A DNA stretch of 64,000 bases from Octopus vulgaris (taxonomy: Eukaryota): the NCBI GenBank assembly GCA_951406725.2, contig OX597817.1:135346001-135410000 (forward strand). The letters are read 5' to 3'. The translations under genes were made by a program, and so were the position numbers. Shown piece by piece: positions 57,037 through 64,000 of this stretch (position 1 is the stretch's first letter; the number at the start of each line of letters is the position of its first letter). Below the pieces are notes generated by a model. The model did no database searches and was not told the DNA's origin. It worked only from the letters and a program-made list of their open reading frames with translations.

Positions 57037-57242
57037 CAGATTCCAAATTAGTTTATCTGGCAATTAATAGACTCGAGTTCGGGATTAACTAATTTTTTGT
57101 TCGTTCTGGTATAATAACAGCGTGCCTCATGAATTCTTTTTTTTTCTTTTGTATTTTCGTGGTTCGGATTTTAACTGCCCTTTCTAGCATGTAAGGAATC
57201 CTGTCAATGGTCTCGGTCTCCTCTTTGTATAAAAATATTTTA
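57037..57242. repeat. Dispersed repeat, duplicated at 58223-58428
   Basis: CAGATTCCAAATTAGTTTATCTGGCAATTAATAGA...GGATTTTAACTGCCCTTTCTAGCATGTAAGG in both. Confidence 0.8.
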
Positions 57243-57329
57243 TACACTCTTATATTTCTTTTATATGTTATGTCTTATCACTTTTATTTATGCATACTAA
57301 CCACTGGTAATAAATTATGTTAATTTATT

Positions 57330-57697
57330 GGAAGCACTCTGTCGGTTACGACGACGAGGGTTCCGGTTGATCCGATCAACGGAACAACCTGCTCGTGAAA
57401 TTAACGTGTAAGTGGCTGAGCACTCCACAGACATGTGTACCCTTAACGTAGTTCTCGGGGATATTCAGCATGACACAGAGTGTGACAAGGCCGGCCCTTT
57501 GAAATACAGGTATAACAGAAACAGGAAGTAAGAGTGAGAGAGAGTTGTGGTGAAAGAGTACAGCAGGGATCACCACCATCCCTGCCGGAGCATCGTGTAG
57601 CTTTAGGTGTTTTCGCTCAATAAACACTCACAACGCCCGGTCTGGGAATCGAAACCGCGAGTCTGCTGCCCCAACCACTAGGCCATTGCGCCTCCAC
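57330..57697 (-). mobile_element. SINE family C, full length with 12-bp TSD
   Basis: tRNA-like head GGAGGCGCAATGGCCTAGTGG...GGTTTCGATTCCC; TGTTAATTTATT at 57318-57329 and 57698-57709. Confidence 0.9.
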
Positions 57698-57759
57698 TGT
57701 TAATTTATTACCCTTATATTTACGATAGTAATATTTATAATGCTGAGGCTATATCTCTA

Positions 57760-58072
57760 CTCTTTTACTTGTTTCAGTCATTTGACTGTGGCCATGCTGG
57801 AGCACCGCCTTTAGTCGAGCAAATCGATCCTAGGACTTATTCTTTGTAAGCCTGGCACTTATTTTATCGGTCTCTTTCGCCGAACCGCTAAGTTGCAGGG
57901 ACGTAAACACACCAGCATCGGCTGTCAAGCAATGTTGGTGGTGGGGACAAACACAGACACACAAACATATACACACACACACACATACATATATATATAC
58001 GTGCATATATACGATGGGTTTCTTTCAGTTTCCGTTTACCAAATCCACTCACAAGGCTTTGGTCGGCCCGAA
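57760..58072 (-). mobile_element. SINE family B, 5'-truncated
   Basis: Reverse complement of 40510-40835. Confidence 0.85.
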
Positions 58073-58222
58073 GGCTTTGGTCAGCTTACGACACAGTTTT
58101 AAATTTGTTTATTTACAGCTTACGCTTACGCACTATGTTCGAATCCATGATGGATAAAGATGCAGCTATCTTGCGCGCGGGTTTTCGGTACGTATTTGTA
58201 ACTGCATAATTATTCATTAATT

Positions 58223-58428
58223 AACGATGTCAAGGATGATCTGCAGATTCCAAATTAGTTTATCTGGCAATTAATAGAGAGACTCGAGTTCGGCATTAAC
58301 TAATTCATCTTTTGTTCGTTCTGGTGTTGTGCCTCGTGAATTCTTTTTTCGTGGTTTGGATTTTAACTGCCCTTTCTAGCATGTAAGGCGTCCTGTCAAG
58401 GGTCTCCTCTGTGTATAAAAATATTTTA
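58223..58428. repeat. Dispersed repeat, second copy of 57037-57242
   Basis: Direct comparison. Confidence 0.8.
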
Positions 58429-58456
58429 TACTCTTTATATTTTATGCATACATCCA

Positions 58457-58578
<122 letters not shown>

Positions 58579-58614
58579 CACACACATGTATGTATATATA
58601 TATATATATCTCCA

Positions 58615-58905
58615 GTTAAACGTCGTAGAACTGACAGCTGCAACTTCAGATCTGAGAAAGACTACTCGCTGCAAGGCCAATGCAGAAAATTCAACGTCGC
58701 ATACGAACGCACCGTTCACAACTTAGTAAATAACTCCTATAGATACTACATTGGATCTACCACAATTTTAAACAAAGATATTATGCACATATAAACTCGT
58801 TTAGATATAAAGAGAATAGTAATTCCACAAAACTAGCCAGTCGCGTACACCATCTGATTAATAGAAAAATACAATATAGACTTTCTTGGGCTATAATAGC
58901 CTAGG
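58615..58905 (+). pseudogene. Penelope-like GIY-YIG endonuclease fragment
   Basis: SCNFRSEKDYSLQGQC...NVAY...YYIGSTT / FKQRYYAHINSFRYKENSNSTKLAS...YRLSWAII (frameshift). Confidence 0.8.
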
Positions 58906-59079
58906 TTATTGAGATGCTTGCTTTGCCTAAACGTTTGTTGTCATACATGGTGGGCTTCCACACAATTTGTCTAAATAAGTCACGCTGGAGGCATTGATCT
59001 GCCTGACGCTTTTGTAGAAGACACTTGTCCAAAGTGCCGTGCAGTTAGGTTGAACCCGTAATCACGTGGTTGCAAAGGA

Positions 59080-59512
59080 GCTTCTTAACCATACAGCCAT
59101 GCCTGATGATCATGATTGGATTACTTCTGAATATGTCTTATGTCAAGACTGACCTGGGGCTAAACACAACAGAACAGACCAGGGGCGGTATTTTATTTTA
59201 GCGGCCTCTGGGGGATGAAAGGAAAAGTTAGCCTCGGCGCAGTCTGAACGCAAGTACTTGAACACTTCTGTTCCATCGATTCAGCTAATCCATCGCTTCT
59301 TAACCATACAGCCATGCCTGATGATCATGATTGGATTACTTCTGAATATGTCTTATGTCAAGACTGACCTGGGGCTAAACACAACAGAACAGACCAGGGG
59401 CGGTATTTTATTTTAGCGGCCCCTGGGGGATGAAAGGAAAAGTTAGCCTCGGCGCAGTCTGAACGCAAGTACTTGAACACTTCTGTTCCATCGATTCAGC
59501 TAATCCATCGCT
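59080..59512. repeat. Near-perfect 215-bp tandem duplication
   Basis: 59080-59294 and 59295-59509, one visible substitution, GCT microhomology. Confidence 0.93.
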
Positions 59513-61219
59513 ATAGGACAGCAAATATAACAACAGTAAGAATCTTCCATTTTGGTACAACGGTGCCAATTTGCAGAGAAAGACAATAATCGATTAAATT
59601 AAACATGATTCATGTCTGGTATTTATTGAAATAGTTCCGGAGATATTCCGTCTTGGCGAAATTTTCACTTAGACCTAAAATCATTTAAGTTATTTAATGG
59701 AACTCACTAGTGTGTCATTTCTTGTAATAACTTACAGACATCGAATGGTTTTTCGCCGGCAAATACATAAAACTGTCCATTCACATATTTAGCTCCATCA
59801 ATGGTTGAGAGCCAACATTCAATTGTGTGACAATTATAGAAAAACAGAAATATGTAAATATAATAAATATACTCGCTTATCCATCACAAAATTATGAATA
59901 ATATCAAAAAACAAGTGCTAATGGTGTCTAGAAATGTGAATATTTAAAATGCAATAAGATATCGCTTCCACAGCGGCCATTTATTTTTATTTTCATTTTT
60001 TCCTGTCATGGATTTTTATTTGAAACGTAAATAAGCTGATTATCTTCTCCCGAGCACCAGTTTTTAATTATTGATATTACTATTGAAAGCACTACAGATG
60101 CCCCCTGGGCTTCTCAGTCGTTTAAGCTGGAATCTAATGGCTCCTCAAACTTCAAATTTTTTTTCTTTCAAACAACTCGGTCAGACAGCGTTTGTCTTCT
60201 ACCAAATCCGGGAGTCAAACATAGTTTTGTAAATGAAATTTGGTCAACGACGAAAACTGCGTGGAAGCCCTTCTGATGGAAGGGTCTATTCTTGGACGGT
60301 ACACTTAATCCATCATCCGGTTTAACACCACAACTAAGCCCTAGGCTACCTTTAGCGTTGCCCACTCTGTTGAAAGCATTTGAGCCAGGTTTGAAGATAA
60401 CTTCCTGCCACCAATCATGGCTTCTCTGAATACACTCTTCTCCCCTTCTTCAGACTCATTTCAGTTTGATGAGTTTATATCGCCCTCTTTCAAAACGGGT
60501 TTTATATAGAAATTATATTTAGTTCCCCACCCTACCCCATCATATTACTACTTGTCTTTATATGCTATGTGTCGTGTTTATCGATTGTCCTCCACGCAGA
60601 CACCATAACTCACGCGTTGAAATCTGTGCGCCAGTGTCAGTGCTTGTAAATAAGATATAAAACTGTCTGGAGCAAAGCTAACAGTAAATGTTCTCTTTCA
60701 GATATTCTATCATTCCTCACACATCTCTGCACATCAACTTTACCAACACCTCATTCTTTTTTTCTTTATTTTTAATATAGTTATTCTAAGATATATTGAC
60801 CCTTTGTCCGATTATTTAGATCTACATTAGGATAAACTGTCTCTATCGCTCCTCGAGTTCTATTTTATGTTTCAATTCTTTCTGTGAAATCGTGAGCAAA
60901 CGAGAAAGTCCCTGCTTCGTCCTTTGATCTGCTAGAAACGGCCCTTAGACCTTCCTCAAATGAACCCCTGTTGTCTTTAAAAACTGAAGACATTAGATAT
61001 TGTGCTTTTGTTCTGTGCACTGAGGTAAAAGACTGGATGACCACAACTGAGCTGGAAGGGTTTTGACTATAGATCCGACCCATAAGGGCCAGCCTGAGGT
61101 TAAACAACAAGTAATTATATGGTAACGCTATGTTCAGCTGTCACAGATTATTTCCAGCACAATTGTAACCCAATAGATTGGATTTATTCCAGTCTTTATA
61201 ACAACTTTGATCTACATAA

Positions 61220-61415
61220 TGGCTTCAAATTTTGGCACAAGGCCAACAGTTTTAAGGGAGGGGCCAAGTCCATCAAATTGATCCCAGTGCTAAACTGCTA
61301 CTTATTTTGTCGACCCCAAAAGAATGAAAGGCAATTTGAACTCAGACCGTAAAGACGGACGAAATGCCGCTAAGCGTCTTGTCCGGCATGTTAACGATTC
61401 TTCTAGCTCGCTGCT
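61220..61415 (-). mobile_element. SINE family A, diverged
   Basis: GACGAAATGCCGCTAAGC...AACGATTC..CAGCTCGC. Confidence 0.75.
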
Positions 61416-61800
61416 TCACTTTATAAATTCAACAATACGTTGCTGCTTCACTTTATAAATTCAACAATACGTTGCTGCCCACGCTTTGTGTAACACTAAG
61501 GGAAGTAACTCAAATTAACTAAGTAGTAAACAGTTGCAGACGCCTACGTTTGTTTGAAATGTTTTTGTCTTGATGTCTTGGTATATAAAATAAAGTCGTT
61601 TAATTCGAAATATTTCGCTACAACAGGGAAAAATGGTGAGATCTTGGGGAATGTAGACGAGCTTATCGACTCGGCCCATGTAGGTGTTTTAGCTTGGGTA
61701 CTTATTTTATTAATCTGCATTTGTCGAACCGATATGGTACGGCATATCAACAAACACCACTGACTTTAAGCGACATAAACGTAAAACAATCACACACAGA

Positions 61801-61831
<31 letters not shown>

Positions 61832-62252
61832 TGTGTGTGTGTGTGCGTGTGCGTTGTGTGTGTGTGTGTGTGCGTTGTGTGTGTGTGTGTGTGCGTGTGC
61901 GTTGTGTGTGTGTGTGTGCGTGTATGTGTGTGTGTGCGTGTGTGTGTGTGTACATATATTTAGTAGTAGGCATCCGTCGGTTTCGAGAGGCCATAGATTT
62001 GCGCCCGAGCATATATATATGCAGCAAGGAATTTTGTCAGTGAACAGGTCGCGGTCTCAAAGCGACGAAAATATTTTGTCAAATTAAATTCAAACGTTGA
62101 AGTGAATCCAACGGTTTTTGTGTGTTTCTTAAATGGCTTATAAACACCTTCCACGCTGCAAATGTTTCTGTTTCAGCACACTGACTCAGATCAGGTCACT
62201 TGCTATGCAAATACATTTCCATAATATACATATATATATATATATATATATA

Positions 62253-63538
62253 TTTGGTTGGCAAGAAAGTAATTTCGGTTTTTTAGCGTGAAATAAGTAA
62301 ATTTTTTCATAGAAAGAATTAACTTTAATCAGTTATACCTTTTCCATTTTGTTTGATGTCCTTTTACCATCTTTCTGGCAACTTCATGATTCTACGCTCA
62401 TAGAACTTCTGGTCCTTATCAGCCACAAAGTGAAGCAAGTGCGATTTCAGGTCATCATCGTTATTGAAAGTTTTGCCATTCAAAGAATTTTGCAAACTTC
62501 GAAATAAATGGTAATCTGATGGTGCAAGGTCAGGGCTATATGGTGGATGTGACATCACTTCCCAACCAAACTCCAATAATTTTTCACGAGTTAGCAAAGA
62601 CATGTCTGGTTTAGTGTAGTCATGGTGAAACACGATTCCTTTACGATTTGCCAATTCTGGTCGTCTTTCTTTGATTAATTCCTCCAGTTTCATTAGTCGT
62701 TGACAGTAAACATCTGAATTGATCGTTTGGTTCCTTGGAAGCAGATCACAATACACAACACCTTTGTAATCCCACCAAATGGACAGCATGGCCTTTTTTG
62801 ATGCAATTCAGCTTTCGATGTGGTTTGTATTGGTTCATTACGCTTGGACCATGATCGTTTTCTATTGATGTTATTTTAGACAATCCATTTTTCCTCACCA
62901 GTGGTGATTCGTTTCAAGAAAAGTTCGATTTCATTGTTTGAGATGGGTAACGCAAATATTGATTCGTTGTGTTAAGTGAATCTCTTTCAATTCATGTGGA
63001 ACCCAAATATCGACCTTCTTAACGACTCCAAGACATTTTAAGTGATTTTCAGTTCTTGTGTGTGATACGATACATTTAACCTCTGCAATCTCTCGCACAG
63101 TTATATGACAATCAGATTCAATTGTGGTTTTGATTCGGTCATCATCAACCTCAGTAGGTCGACCAGAACTTTGTTATCTTTGAGGGAAAAATTTCCAGAA
63201 CAGAATTTCTGAAAACCATTTCTGACATATGCGTTCTATTAAGCAATCAACACGATAAACTTCACATATGTCTTTGTGAGCCTCAACAGCTTTCTTGCCT
63301 TTACGGAAGTAAAAAAAAAGCAAAACATAGCGTGAATGTTCGTTTTTGCACTCCATGTTTTAAAATTGACACTGAACTAACAGGTGTAGACAAAATTACG
63401 CGCAATTTGCTTCTACAGTAAGCTAAAAGTAACGGCTATCAAATGTCAAAAGGAAAAAAATCATAATATTGACAAAATTCATTTTAAAAAATCGTAACTC
63501 TGTTTGCGAGAAATGAAATTACTTTCTTGCCAACCCAA
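62253..63538 (-). mobile_element. Full-length mariner (DD34D), mellifera-subfamily-like, 1286 bp
   Basis: TIR TTKGGTTGGCAAGAAAGTAATTTC at both ends; TA TSD at 62251-62252 and 63539-63540. Confidence 0.92.
62330..63356 (-). pseudogene. mariner transposase pseudogene
   Basis: MECKNEHSRYVLLFFYFRKGK...; MLSIWWDYKGVVY...FHHDYTKP...HPPYSPDLAPSDYHLF; frameshifted. Confidence 0.93.
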
Positions 63539-64000
63539 TATATGCACGCAGGATGGGCTTCCATATTCTTTCTGTCTGCCAAATTTCCCTCAAGGCTTTA
63601 ATCATCTTAAGATTATCGTAAAATTTTATACAAGTTACTGTGTAATGGTTCGAACCAAGAACAATACAGTTAATCATAGAGCAGCGCCTGTGCTTATATT
63701 ACTCATATATTCCATTTGTTTAGAATCCACGGCTCATTTCGGTAGCAACATCGTTCACTGCGAATATGGGTTCAAGTCTTACTCTATGAACTTTTCCCTC
63801 TTATTTGAAATCAAGTTGCAACATTACATATTAAGATTTGATAATGTTTTATTAAATTATTTCTACAGCATGGAATTATCCAACGTCTCTAGTTTTGTTT
63901 CAGAGTTAAGATTGTTTTCTTGTTGACGTAAAATGAAAAACGATAACTCTCAAAGTAGAAGAGGTTGGCAAGTGTATAACAAGGACGAAAGCTTTCAGAA

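Noticed and set aside
59100-59140. CTGATGA within the 215-bp tandem duplication as a retrozyme
   Set aside because: No GAAA or stems I-III; the unit spans SINE remnants
60168-60365. 65-aa ORF
   Set aside because: Overlaps a decayed family B SINE-like sequence; no domain
63504-63926. 140-aa ORF
   Set aside because: Starts within the mariner TIR; no recognisable protein features

Overview
Repeat-saturated, AT-rich eukaryotic (metazoan) DNA with no host protein-coding exon I can support. The SINE, microsatellite and transposon repertoire resembles octopus genomes, but that assignment is an inference. Nearly all ORFs in the track are translations of microsatellites. The real coding remnants are all decayed transposons: restriction-like-endonuclease (R4/Dong-type and HERO-like) LINEs in (TAA)n/(TAG)n tracts, a 2.4-kb pogo/Tigger element, a full-length mariner, mariner and DD37D-type fragments, and two Penelope-like (PLE) GIY-YIG fragments. 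There are also two non-autonomous Helitrons, a hAT MITE and at least three tRNA-derived SINE families. The most striking signal is about a dozen minimal type-I hammerhead ribozyme motifs (intact or degenerate). Many lie in short non-coding elements embedded in (TA)n that share one architecture: a homologous 3' end, sometimes a more-than-unit-length direct repeat (periods 461, 557 and 563 bp), and a 5' fold-back inversion. These look like a diverse family of PLE-mobilised, (TA)n-targeting, retrozyme-like elements. All alignments and folds were done by eye.
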